From positions 551 through 64,550 of the forward strand of contig DATBHW010000073.1 in the NCBI GenBank assembly GCA_036557285.1: a DNA stretch of 64,000 nt. The letters are read 5' to 3'. Shown piece after piece: positions 54,125 through 63,641 of the stretch. The position numbers and the translations under genes are program-made. Every line of letters begins with the position of its first letter. Position 1 is the first letter of the stretch. The stretch comes from Ktedonobacterales bacterium. GTDB lineage: Bacteria; Chloroflexota; Ktedonobacteria; Ktedonobacterales; DATBGS01. The notes below the pieces were generated by a model. It was given only the letters and a program-made list of their open reading frames with translations, had not been told where the DNA came from and ran no database searches.

Positions 54125-57100
54125 TCATCTCTCCGTTCGCTTGCTCTCAATTACCAGGATGTCTTGCGCTTCATGATCGGAAAGCTGCTCAAGCTCTGCG
54201 AGCAACTGGGCCGTTACTCCATCTTCGATCTGGTCGGCCTGACACTGCACAATTCTTATAGCCAGGCTGGCTATCGTTGGCGCCTCAAAGAGACTGGACA
54301 ACGGAAGCTCTATATTGAAGATGTCATGCGCCCGCGAGAGGGCGCGCACCGCCAGGAGCGAATGCCCCCCCAACTCAAAGAAGTTCTCGTTGATGCCCAC
54401 CTGCTTGAGTCCCAGCAGTTCTGTCCAGATCGCGGCCAGTTGTTCCTCGGTAGGGGTGCGCGGCGCTGCAAGAGCCGCTTCTGGCTGTTCTCTGTCGCCC
54501 TCCGGGGCAGGCAGCGCCCGCCGGTTCAGTTTGCCGTTGGGGGTCAGCGGCACATATTCTAACATAACAAATGCCGATGGGATCATATGCTCTGGCAGGT
54601 GTTCCTTCAAGAAGCCGCGCAGGGCGCTGCTGGTGGGGGACTGGCCCGCAGCAGGCACAAGATACGCCACCAGGCGCTTCTCGCCAGGGGTGTCTTCGCG
54701 GGCCACGACCACTGCCTCGCGGACCTGGGGATGCTGGCTCAGGATACTCTCGATCTCGCCTGGTTCGATACGGAAGCCCCGAATCTTCACCTGGAAGTCG
54801 GCGCGCCCGATGTACTCCAGATTGCCATCGGGATGATAGCGGGCGAGATCGCCGGTCTTGTAGAGGCGCGCGCCTGGCTCCTGACTGAACGGGTTGGGGA
54901 TAAACCGCTCGGCGGTCAGTTCCGGGCGGTTCAGATAGCCACGCGCCAATCCGTCGCCGCCGATATAGAGTTCGCCAGGCACACCGATAGGGACAGGCTG
55001 AAGGTGGGCGTCAAGCGCGTAAACCTGCAAGTTGGCGTTAGGCCGACCAATGAGTATCGTGGAAACCTCCTGATCTTCGCCCTCCCTCACCAGATCATAG
55101 GTGGTTGCGCCGATGGTTGCCTCGGTTGGGCCATAGCAGTTGCTCCAGCGAACGCGCTTAGGGACGCGCTCCTGCCAGAGCGTCAGACGCTGTAGCAGGG
55201 CTTGCTCGCCCCCCGTGATGACCCAGCGCAGGCTCTCCGGCAGCGGTGTGTTTGCTTTGGCGAGTTCATAGGTCCAGGTATGCCAGTAGGCTGTCGGGAG
55301 GTTCAGAATGCTCAGCCGCTCATGCTCTATGAGCCGGAACAATTCCTCGAAGGTCAGGGCAACCTGTACAGGCCGCAGCACCAGCGCGGCCCCCGCCAGC
55401 CAGCATGGGAAGATTTCCTCTGCTGCCGTATCAAAGCTGAGCGAAGCAAATTGCAAGATGCGATCAGCAGGCCGGACATCGAAGTGTTTGATAAAGGCCA
55501 GGTTATGGTTGACGAGCGCGCGATGGGCAATCTGAACGCCCTTCGGTTTCCCCGTAGAGCCAGAGGTGTAGATGACATAGGCCAGGTTGTCGGCCTGGAC
55601 CGCGCTGACGGGGTTCGTCGTGGGTTCTTGAGCGATTTCTGCCCACTGCCCATCCAGGCAAATGACGCGAGCGTTCTGCGCGGGAAGCTGCGCCAGCAGA
55701 TGCTGCTGCGTGAGTAGAACGGCTGCCTGGCTGTCCTCCAGCATGAAGGCCAGGCGCTCTGTGGGATAGCTGGGGTCCAGCGGCACATACGCGCCGCCCG
55801 CCTTGAAAATACCGAGGAGTCCCACCGCCATTTCCAGCGAACGCTCCACACAGAGGCCCACGAGTGTCTCTGGCCCCACCCTTTGCTTTTGGAGATGATG
55901 GGCCAGTTGGTTGGCGCGCGCGTTCAGTTCCCCATAGGTAAGCTGGCGCCCCTCGCTGACAAGAGCTACTGCGTCTGGCGCGCGCGCCACCTGCTGCTCG
56001 AAGAGCCAGTGGACACACTGGTCCTGGGGGTAATCGGCTTGGGTAGCATTCCACTCTACCAGCATCTGCTCTCGCTCGGCCTCTGGTAAGAGCAAAAGCT
56101 GGGAGATAGGTTGGTCGGGATCAACCGCGATGCCTTCCAGCAGCGTCTGGAAATGCCCAGCCATCCGCTCGATGGTCGCCGCCTCGAACAGATCGGTGTT
56201 GTAATCGAACGTGCCGCTGAGATCCTCTGGCCGCTCCTTTAAGGCGAGGCTCAGGTCAAACCCGGCGTCGAGGCCAGCCCCGATATGCAGCAGGGCGGCA
56301 GCCCACCCGGAAGGCAGGGCAGGCGGCGGCGATTCAAGCGTAAACATCGTCTGGAAGAAGGGGTTCTGCCGTGGCGCGCGCTCCGGGTGGAGTTCTTTGA
56401 CCAGATGCTCGAAGGGCATGTCCTCGTGATCCAGCGTGGAGAGCGTGGTCTCGCGTACCCGCTGAAGCAGCGCCCGGAAGCCTGGATCGCCAGAGAGGTC
56501 CAGACGCAGGGCCAGGGTATTGATGAAGACGCCCAACAGCCCACGGACTTCTTCCTGCTTGCGGCCAGCGGAAGGGGTACCAATAATGAGGTCCTCCTGG
56601 CCGGAACAGCGCGCCAACAGGACAGCGTAGGCGGCCAGCAGAGTCATGAAAAGGGTAGCGCCCCCCTGCTGGCTGAGGGCTTTGAGGGCAGCGGTTGTCT
56701 GTGCAGGCAGGGTGAACGAATGCGCGCACATCTGGCCTTTGGAGGCGACGGGACGCGGGTGATCGCCAGGCAGCGCAAGATCGGTTGGCGCTCCGGCCAG
56801 ATGATGCTTCCAGAAATCCAGATGCTCTGCCAATGCCCTTTCGTCGAGCGTTTCGCGCTGCCAGCAGGCGTAATCGGCATATTGGATGGGCAGCTCTGGC
56901 AAGAGCGAGGGCTGGCCGGTCGCATACGCCTGGTAGAGAGCATATAGCTCTGGCAGGAGTATCTGCGAGACAGAGAAGCCATCGGAGATGATGTGATGGA
57001 GGGTTAAGAACAGCCGATGCTCCTCATCGTCCAGGCAAACGAGGCGGGCGCGCAGCGGGGGCGCCTGCGAGAGATCAAAGGGCGCGGTGGTATTCTCTGC

Positions 57101-57517
57101 TGCCAGTCGCAGCGCCTCAGCTTCGCGTTCAGTCCTGGGCAGGCGGCGCAGGTCCGTGAAGGGCAGCCGGAAGATGGAGGGCGGATGAATTTGTTGGACA
57201 GGCTGCCCCTCTATCAGTGGAAAACTGGTGCGCCAAACTTCGTGACGCCGGATGAGTTCGTTGAAGCTCTGTTCAAGAGCCGCTCGATCGAGCGGCCCAG
57301 GCAGAGAGATACTCACACTCAGGTGATAGACAGGAAGATGCGGGGTGAGTCGGCTCAGCAGCCAGAATTGCTGCTGCGCAAAGGACAGCGGCACAGGCCC
57401 ATCGTGGGCGCGTCGAGTGATTGTTTCAGCATCCACGCTTGTCGGAAACAGCTTGCCCCGCAAGAGCTTTTCCAGCAGGGCGCGTTTGGCCTCAGAGAGA
57501 TTGCTTGTGTCTGACAT
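54125..57517 (-). CDS. NRPS module 2: C-A-T
   Basis: C domain LHHIISDGFS. A domain LAYVIYTSGSTGKPKG, NCYGPTE and PNGKLNRRALP. T domain FFELGGHSLL. Confidence 0.95.
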   Translation of the reverse strand: MSDTSNLSEAKRALLEKLLRGKLFPTSVDAETITRRAHDGPVPLSFAQQQFWLLSRLTPHLPVYHLSVSISLPGPLDRAALEQSFNELIRRHEVWRTSFPLIEGQPVQQIHPPSIFRLPFTDLRRLPRTEREAEALRLAAENTTAPFDLSQAPPLRARLVCLDDEEHRLFLTLHHIISDGFSVSQILLPELYALYQAYATGQPSLLPELPIQYADYACWQRETLDERALAEHLDFWKHHLAGAPTDLALPGDHPRPVASKGQMCAHSFTLPAQTTAALKALSQQGGATLFMTLLAAYAVLLARCSGQEDLIIGTPSAGRKQEEVRGLLGVFINTLALRLDLSGDPGFRALLQRVRETTLSTLDHEDMPFEHLVKELHPERAPRQNPFFQTMFTLESPPPALPSGWAAALLHIGAGLDAGFDLSLALKERPEDLSGTFDYNTDLFEAATIERMAGHFQTLLEGIAVDPDQPISQLLLLPEAEREQMLVEWNATQADYPQDQCVHWLFEQQVARAPDAVALVSEGRQLTYGELNARANQLAHHLQKQRVGPETLVGLCVERSLEMAVGLLGIFKAGGAYVPLDPSYPTERLAFMLEDSQAAVLLTQQHLLAQLPAQNARVICLDGQWAEIAQEPTTNPVSAVQADNLAYVIYTSGSTGKPKGVQIAHRALVNHNLAFIKHFDVRPADRILQFASLSFDTAAEEIFPCWLAGAALVLRPVQVALTFEELFRLIEHERLSILNLPTAYWHTWTYELAKANTPLPESLRWVITGGEQALLQRLTLWQERVPKRVRWSNCYGPTEATIGATTYDLVREGEDQEVSTILIGRPNANLQVYALDAHLQPVPIGVPGELYIGGDGLARGYLNRPELTAERFIPNPFSQEPGARLYKTGDLARYHPDGNLEYIGRADFQVKIRGFRIEPGEIESILSQHPQVREAVVVAREDTPGEKRLVAYLVPAAGQSPTSSALRGFLKEHLPEHMIPSAFVMLEYVPLTPNGKLNRRALPAPEGDREQPEAALAAPRTPTEEQLAAIWTELLGLKQVGINENFFELGGHSLLAVRALSRAHDIFNIELPLSSLFEAPTIASLAIRIVQCQADQIEDGVTAQLLAELEQLSDHEAQDILVIESKRTER

Positions 57518-57641
57518 GATGCTCTATCACTCCTAGTGGAGAGCGTCTTTCGCTGTCAATGGCGGCTTCCAAATCAGCCCCTGATGTGCTCAGCTTAAGC
57601 GAGAGACGATTCCACTATTAAAACGGGTTCGCAGTGCCCTT

Positions 57642-60600
57642 TTAACTCAATAACTGCTGCAATTCTTCGTCGCTCAGCGTCTCTAGTTTGGTCAAAATCA
57701 CTTCTTCAATGGTGGCGGCCAACTCGCGGACTGTGGGCGCGTCGAAAAGGGTGCGCAAGGAAAGCTTTACCTTGAAGGTTTCGTTCATCCGCGCGATAGC
57801 CTGAGTACCCAACAAAGAATTGACCCCGATCATAAAGAAGTTCTCGTCGAGGCCAACCTGCTCCACTTTCAGGAAGCCAGCCAGGATCGCCGCCACTTCA
57901 ATTTCCATAGGCGTGCTGGGCAGTGCGCCGATCTCATCACGCACGAGATGATCGGTATCTGGCGCGGGCAGGGCGCGGCGATCCACTTTGCCGTTGGGGG
58001 TCAGCGGCATCTGCTCTACCATTACAAAGGCCGATGGTATCATGTAATCCGGCAAATACTCCTTCAGAAAGCTGCGCAGCCCCGCGTGAGCAGGCGGGTC
58101 TCCTTCGCCTGCTACGAAATAGGCCACCAGGCGCTTATCGCCTGGGGTATCTTCGCGGGCCACCACGACAGCCGCGCGTATTGCCGGATGCTGCCGGAGC
58201 AGCGTCTCGACTTCGCCCAGTTCGATGCGGAAGCCGCGCACCTTCACCTGATGATCCAAGCGTCCTAGAAAATCAATTTCCCCTGTAGGCAAATAGCGTG
58301 CCAGATCGCCTGTTCTGTAGAGCCGCGCCCCTGGATCGGCGCTAAACGGGTCGGGAACAAATCGCTCAGCCGTCAATTCCGGGCGATTGAGATACCCGCG
58401 CGCCAGACCGGCCCCGCCAATATAGAGTTCGCCAGAGACGCCAATGGGGACAGGCTGAAGGGAAGCATCGAGCAGATAGACCTGAGTGTTGGCAATCGGG
58501 ACGCCGATGGTGATCAGATTGGTATCGGGCGTGATCTGGCGGATGGTGGACCAGATGGTCGTCTCCGTTGGGCCGTAGAGGTTCCACAAAGACGCGCACT
58601 TGTTCAGCAATTGCTGAGCCAGGTCACGCGGCAGGGCTTCGCCCCCACAGAGCATCTTCAGGCGCGGGTCTCCCGACCAGCCCGCCTCCAACAGCAGCCG
58701 CCAGGTAACGGGTGTCGCCTGCATTACGGTTGTTCCGGTACGCGCCATCGTCTCCGCCAGCACCGTCCCGCTCACCGCTGTTTCGCGGCTGGCGATAACC
58801 ACCCGCGCGCCGACCAGCAGCGGCAGGAAAAGTTCAAGGGCAGCAATATCGAAGGATAACGTAGTGACGGCCAGCCAGGTATCCTCCGCCGTCAGTCCGG
58901 GCCGCTCGCGCATGGACAACAAAAAGTTCACCACCGTGCGCTGGAGTATCTGGACTCCTTTGGGCCGCCCTGTGGACCCCGAAGTGTAGATGACATAGAC
59001 CAGATTCTCGGCAGTGGACAGGCTGGCAGGGTTCGTCTGATCTTGCTCGGCCAGCAGCCGCGCGTCGGCGTCAAGGCGCACGACCTGTGCATTCTGTGTG
59101 GGCAGCAAGGACGCCAGCGTGGCTTGCGTGACGAGGACCGGAACCTGGGCATCTGTCAGCATGAAGGCCAGCCGCTCAGCCGGATATGTGGGGTCCAACG
59201 GCACATACGCGCCGCCCGCCTTGAGAATGCCCAGCAGGCCAACCTCCATCTCCAGCGAACGCTCCAGACACAGGCCCACCAGTACGTCTGGACCCACGCC
59301 AAGCTGGCGCAGGTAGTGAGCCAGTTGATTGGCACGCGCATTGAGTTCTTGATAGGTAAATGCAGCGCCCTCATAGATCACGGCTGTGGCCTGCGGTGTG
59401 CGCGCCGCCTGCTCCTCGAAAAGCTGATGAATACAGACATTGGTGGGGAACGCTCGTTGGGTGGCGTTCCACTCCTCCAGCAGTTTTTGCTCCGCTGGCG
59501 TCAGGATAGGTAAAGCAGAAAGGGGCCGATTGGGGTCAGCGACGATGCTCTCCAGCAGCGTCTGCCAGTGTCCGACCATGCGCTCGATGGTTGTCCTATC
59601 GAACAGGTCCGAGTTGTACTCGAAGCGGCCAATAAGCCCCTCTGGTCGGTCATCGAGTTCGAGGGACAGATCGAACTTGGACGTTCCGACGGTCACATCC
59701 ATCTGCGTCAGCGTCCACCCGGAGGGCAGCGCCGTCAGCGGAGGCTCCAGGGTCAGCAACACCTGGAAGAGCGGATTCTGAGCGAGGTTTCGCTCCAGTT
59801 GCAGTTCCTTGATGAGATACTCGAAAGGTACCTCTTCATAGGTAATCGCCGAGGTCGTCACTTCGCGCACGCGCATCAGCAGTTCGCGGAAGGTCGGGGC
59901 ACCGGATAAGTTGGTGCGCAGCACCAGGGTATTGAGGAAAAAGCCGATCATGCGCTCGACTTCGGGGCGCTTGCGTCCTCCGGTGGCTGTGCCGATGACC
60001 ATATCATCCTGCGCCGTATAGCGGTAAAGCAGCGTGTTGAATGCCGCCGCCAACAGGATATAGAAGGTCACGCCCTCCTGGCGGCTCAGGGCTTTGAGCG
60101 CGTCAGTCAAGGGCTTTCCAATCGCAAAGGGGCGCATGGACCCGGCGTAGGTCTGTGCTGGCGGGCGCGGGCGATCAAAAGGCAATTCTAGGGTGGCGGG
60201 CGCGCCTTCAAGCTGTTTTTTCCAATAGACAAGCTGGTCGTCGAACTTTTCCTTTGGGAGCCATTCACGCTGCCAGGCGGCGTAATCGGTATATTCGATC
60301 TCTAATGGGGGCAGCGGAGAAGGCTGGCCTGCTAAAAAAGCCTCGTAAAGCGCGCGCAGTTCTGGAAGAAACACCTGATAAATGGCAACCCCATCAAAAA
60401 TGATATGGTGCATCGTCAGGAACAGGCGATGCTCCTCATCCGCCAGTTGTATAAAGAGCGCGCGCAGCAGCGGCCCCTGGGCAAGATCGAAGAGAATGCG
60501 CGCGTCTTCTGTTGCCAGCCGCAGCGCCTCGGCCTCTCGTTCAGCTTCAGGCAGGCGCCGCAGGTCCACCAGGGGCAGCCTGACGGTTGAGGGAGGATGC

Positions 60601-60929
60601 ACCATCTGGACCGGCTGCCCATCCACCAGCGGAAAGCTGGTGCGCCAGGCTTCGTGGCGCTTGATGAATTCATTAAAACTCTGCTCCAGCGTTGCTACAT
60701 CCAGCGGGCCAGGCAGGTGAATGGTGACGCACTCGTTGTAGACAGGAATATCAGGCATCATTTGGGCGAGCAGCCACAATTGCTGCTGTCCAAAAGACAG
60801 CGGCGCAAAGCCTGTCTGAGTCCGCCGGGAGATAGCAGGGATACCTGTGGTAGCCTGCGGGAGATTGCCCCGCATCAGTTTATCCAGCAGGGCGCGTTTA
60901 GCCTCTGAGAGATTGCTTGTATCTGACAT
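57642..60929 (-). CDS. NRPS module 1: C(starter)-A-T
   Basis: Start trimmed to ATG 60929 (GGAGAAGGAA SD). C domain MHHIIFDGVA. A domain LVYVIYTSGSTGRPKG, NLYGPTE and PNGKVDRRALP. T domain with an atypical FFMIGVNSLL core. Confidence 0.95.
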   Translation of the reverse strand: MSDTSNLSEAKRALLDKLMRGNLPQATTGIPAISRRTQTGFAPLSFGQQQLWLLAQMMPDIPVYNECVTIHLPGPLDVATLEQSFNEFIKRHEAWRTSFPLVDGQPVQMVHPPSTVRLPLVDLRRLPEAEREAEALRLATEDARILFDLAQGPLLRALFIQLADEEHRLFLTMHHIIFDGVAIYQVFLPELRALYEAFLAGQPSPLPPLEIEYTDYAAWQREWLPKEKFDDQLVYWKKQLEGAPATLELPFDRPRPPAQTYAGSMRPFAIGKPLTDALKALSRQEGVTFYILLAAAFNTLLYRYTAQDDMVIGTATGGRKRPEVERMIGFFLNTLVLRTNLSGAPTFRELLMRVREVTTSAITYEEVPFEYLIKELQLERNLAQNPLFQVLLTLEPPLTALPSGWTLTQMDVTVGTSKFDLSLELDDRPEGLIGRFEYNSDLFDRTTIERMVGHWQTLLESIVADPNRPLSALPILTPAEQKLLEEWNATQRAFPTNVCIHQLFEEQAARTPQATAVIYEGAAFTYQELNARANQLAHYLRQLGVGPDVLVGLCLERSLEMEVGLLGILKAGGAYVPLDPTYPAERLAFMLTDAQVPVLVTQATLASLLPTQNAQVVRLDADARLLAEQDQTNPASLSTAENLVYVIYTSGSTGRPKGVQILQRTVVNFLLSMRERPGLTAEDTWLAVTTLSFDIAALELFLPLLVGARVVIASRETAVSGTVLAETMARTGTTVMQATPVTWRLLLEAGWSGDPRLKMLCGGEALPRDLAQQLLNKCASLWNLYGPTETTIWSTIRQITPDTNLITIGVPIANTQVYLLDASLQPVPIGVSGELYIGGAGLARGYLNRPELTAERFVPDPFSADPGARLYRTGDLARYLPTGEIDFLGRLDHQVKVRGFRIELGEVETLLRQHPAIRAAVVVAREDTPGDKRLVAYFVAGEGDPPAHAGLRSFLKEYLPDYMIPSAFVMVEQMPLTPNGKVDRRALPAPDTDHLVRDEIGALPSTPMEIEVAAILAGFLKVEQVGLDENFFMIGVNSLLGTQAIARMNETFKVKLSLRTLFDAPTVRELAATIEEVILTKLETLSDEELQQLLS

Positions 60930-61143
60930 ATTTTTGTTATTTCCTTCTCCTACTTCCTTCTCCTCATGAGAAGGGAAATGGCGCCGGGGATGGTAGAAAG
61001 GACTTGCCTTTGTCCTGAAGAAATACCATAGAGCCTCTCTCTTGAGAAGAGAGAGAAGATGGGTTGAGATATGGTTATGACTATGCCCAAGAGGGGTATG
61101 AATTGTGATACTGCGTCCCGCTCGTCGAGGCATGAGCAGACTC

Positions 61144-61384
61144 GGTTCCACCAACTATCGGAGGCGTCACCTGTAGCGCCGCCATCTTGGCGGCCACCGC
61201 TGCGCCAGGGCGAGCGTTCGCCCTCCAGGCCACCGGACCAGTGGGCCAACGTTGAGCCGCCTGGAGGGACGCGCGAGCGACCAACGGGAGCGAGAGTGCC
61301 GAGGCCCAGCCGAGGCAAGCGGCCCTTCCCGAAGGGATGGCGGCGCTACGAGTACCATGCCTCGCTTGCCAGATCTCATTTTTT
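61144..61384. repeat. Family-A full MITE-like element, inverted orientation, with an 8/9 TSD
   Basis: 11-bp perfect TIR GGTTCCACCAA...TTGGTGGAACC. Flanked by AGCAGACTC (61135-61143) and AGCGGACTC (61385-61393). Confidence 0.85.
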
Positions 61385-61517
61385 GGTGGAACCAGCGGAC
61401 TCTGCGTGGTTACAATTCTGAAGAGGACGTGTTATCCTTAGCATAAGGTCAAGAGTTTCTTCGGGTATGTGCAGCGTCTTCGTAGCGTGTACCTGTCAGA
61501 TAAAGAGATGATGTGGC

Positions 61518-62189
61518 ATGAGGGTGCTCATTGTAGAAGATGAACAACGCCTGGTCCGTTTGATGAAGCGGGTGTTGGAAGAAGAACGCTACGTGGTGGA
61601 TGTGGCCTATGACGGTGAGGAGGGCCTCGAAAAAGCTGGTTCGGGCGCTTATGACCTGATCGTGCTGGACATTATGCTGCCCTATCGGGATGGGGTCGCG
61701 GTCTGCCGCTGGCTGCGCAGGCATCAGATTGCGACGCCCATCCTCATGCTGACGGCGCGCGATCAGCTAGAGGATAAAGTCAACGGGCTGGATGCGGGAG
61801 CTGACGACTATCTGACCAAGCCGTTTGCTTTTGAGGAACTGCTGGCGCGGCTCCGCGCCCTGGCCCGCCGCGCGCCAGCGCCGCCGCAGGAGCCGGTGTT
61901 GCATGTGGGCAATCTGACGCTGGATGTACAGCGGCATGAGGTGCAGCGAGACGGCCAGCCGATTCCTTTGACGCTGCGCGAGTTTGCCTTGCTGGAATAT
62001 TTGATGCGCCATCCGGGCCAGGCGCTCTCGCGGACGCAGATTACCAACCATGTCTGGCCGGATGAGAGCGAGGCAGTCAGCAATATTGTGGATATTTATA
62101 TTCACTATCTGCGCGAAAAAGTGGATCGTGGCTTTGAGCCAGCCCTGATACGAACGGTGCGAGGCATTGGCTATAGTATGCGAGGATAA
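61518..62189 (+). CDS. OmpR-family response regulator
   Basis: MRVLIVEDE...DLIVLDIMLPYRDG receiver and a winged-helix C-terminus (RTVRGIGYSM). Confidence 0.9.
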   Translation: MRVLIVEDEQRLVRLMKRVLEEERYVVDVAYDGEEGLEKAGSGAYDLIVLDIMLPYRDGVAVCRWLRRHQIATPILMLTARDQLEDKVNGLDAGADDYLTKPFAFEELLARLRALARRAPAPPQEPVLHVGNLTLDVQRHEVQRDGQPIPLTLREFALLEYLMRHPGQALSRTQITNHVWPDESEAVSNIVDIYIHYLREKVDRGFEPALIRTVRGIGYSMRG

Positions 62190-62195
62190 TAGGGT

Positions 62196-63641
62196 ATGAG
62201 TTCGGCTTTATTCACTGTCACCCGCCGCCGCCTGGTGCTGTGGAATATTGCGGTGACGGGGGTGATTATCCTGGCCTTTGGCCTGGTGGCGTATGTCGTG
62301 GCTGACCGCGTGCTGTCCGGGGAGATGGATAATCAATTGGCTGCGCGCGCGGAGCAGGCGGAGAATAGTCTGAGCCAGGGCCGCACGCTCGATCTGGACA
62401 ATGATAACGATTATAATGTGGATATTCTCTTGCTGCTCAGCCCCGATGGCGACGTGTTGCAAAGCTCGCTGCACGAACCCCTGACGGGGCTGCCAGATTG
62501 GGAGGCGGCGCAGACCGCGCTGGCGAATGACTGGCCGGATGTGCGCACCGTGTCGGTTGGGGCGAGCGGGACCATCAGTGTGCGCTTATGGACAGAGGAG
62601 ATGAAGCGCGATGGCGCTCTGGTGGGGGTGCTGCAACTGGGGATTTGGACCCAGCCTTATGAGCATGAACTGCATCGGCTGCTGCTGGTACTGGCGCTGG
62701 TCAGCTTCGGCGCTCTCGCGCTGGCGCTGTTGGGGGGGATTTTCCTGGCGAGCCGCGCGCTGGCTCCCGTGCGAACCGCTTTTCAGCGCCAGCGCGATTT
62801 TGTGGGAGATGCCTCCCATGAACTACGAACGCCGCTGATGCTGATTCGAGCAGACATTGAGGTGTTGGGGCGTACCCTGCGCGCCAGCCGCGCCAGGCTG
62901 CCGGTGGCTACCCTGGCAGCGCGGCGAACAGGTGAATCGCTGCCCCTGCTGGCGCTGACAGCGCCAGATGAGCAAACGGAAGGCGTAGAGGGCGAATACC
63001 TGGAGGACCAGTTGGAGTTAGTCGGGGATGCGCTGGGGGAGATAGACCGGATGACTCGCCTGCTCAGGGAACTGCTCACGCTGGCGCGGCTGGATGGCGG
63101 CGCTGTGCAGGCGACGCATCAGCCTGTGGCGCTAAGCGAGCAGATGGCCGGGTTGGTGGCGCGCACGCGCCGCCGAGCGGAAGCGCACGGCTTGAAGATG
63201 GATGCCCATCTGGAACCAGGCATCGTCGTCTGGGGCGATGCCGATCAACTGCGGCAGCTCTGGCTGATCCTGCTGGAGAACGCCATACGCTATAACCGGC
63301 CAGCAGGCCGCATCACCGTGACTGGATGGACCGAAGAGCAGCAGGCGTGTGTTTGTGTGACGGATGGTGGGGTGGGTATCGCGCCGACGGACCTGCCGCG
63401 TGTGTTCGAGCGGTTCTATCGGGCCGATAAAGCGCACACGCGCGCGCCTGGCCCAAAAGCAGCGCGCGACCTGGAAGCGGAGCAGGCCGAGGCGTCCTGG
63501 CAGATGGGGGCAGGCGCCGGACTGGGGCTGGCGATTGCCCAGGAGATTGTGCAGGCCCATGCAGGCCAGATAAGCGTTACCAGCGCCCCGCATGAGGGGA
63601 CCAGCTTTACCGTCCGTCTCCCACTGGCGTCGCCTCGTTGA
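62196..63641 (+). CDS. Sensor histidine kinase (2 TM, HAMP, HisKA, HATPase_c)
   Basis: H-box GDASHELRTPL, N-box LLENAIRYN and G-box GLGLAIAQEIV. Insertions lie after the H-box and in the ATP lid. Confidence 0.9.
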   Translation: MSSALFTVTRRRLVLWNIAVTGVIILAFGLVAYVVADRVLSGEMDNQLAARAEQAENSLSQGRTLDLDNDNDYNVDILLLLSPDGDVLQSSLHEPLTGLPDWEAAQTALANDWPDVRTVSVGASGTISVRLWTEEMKRDGALVGVLQLGIWTQPYEHELHRLLLVLALVSFGALALALLGGIFLASRALAPVRTAFQRQRDFVGDASHELRTPLMLIRADIEVLGRTLRASRARLPVATLAARRTGESLPLLALTAPDEQTEGVEGEYLEDQLELVGDALGEIDRMTRLLRELLTLARLDGGAVQATHQPVALSEQMAGLVARTRRRAEAHGLKMDAHLEPGIVVWGDADQLRQLWLILLENAIRYNRPAGRITVTGWTEEQQACVCVTDGGVGIAPTDLPRVFERFYRADKAHTRAPGPKAARDLEAEQAEASWQMGAGAGLGLAIAQEIVQAHAGQISVTSAPHEGTSFTVRLPLASPR

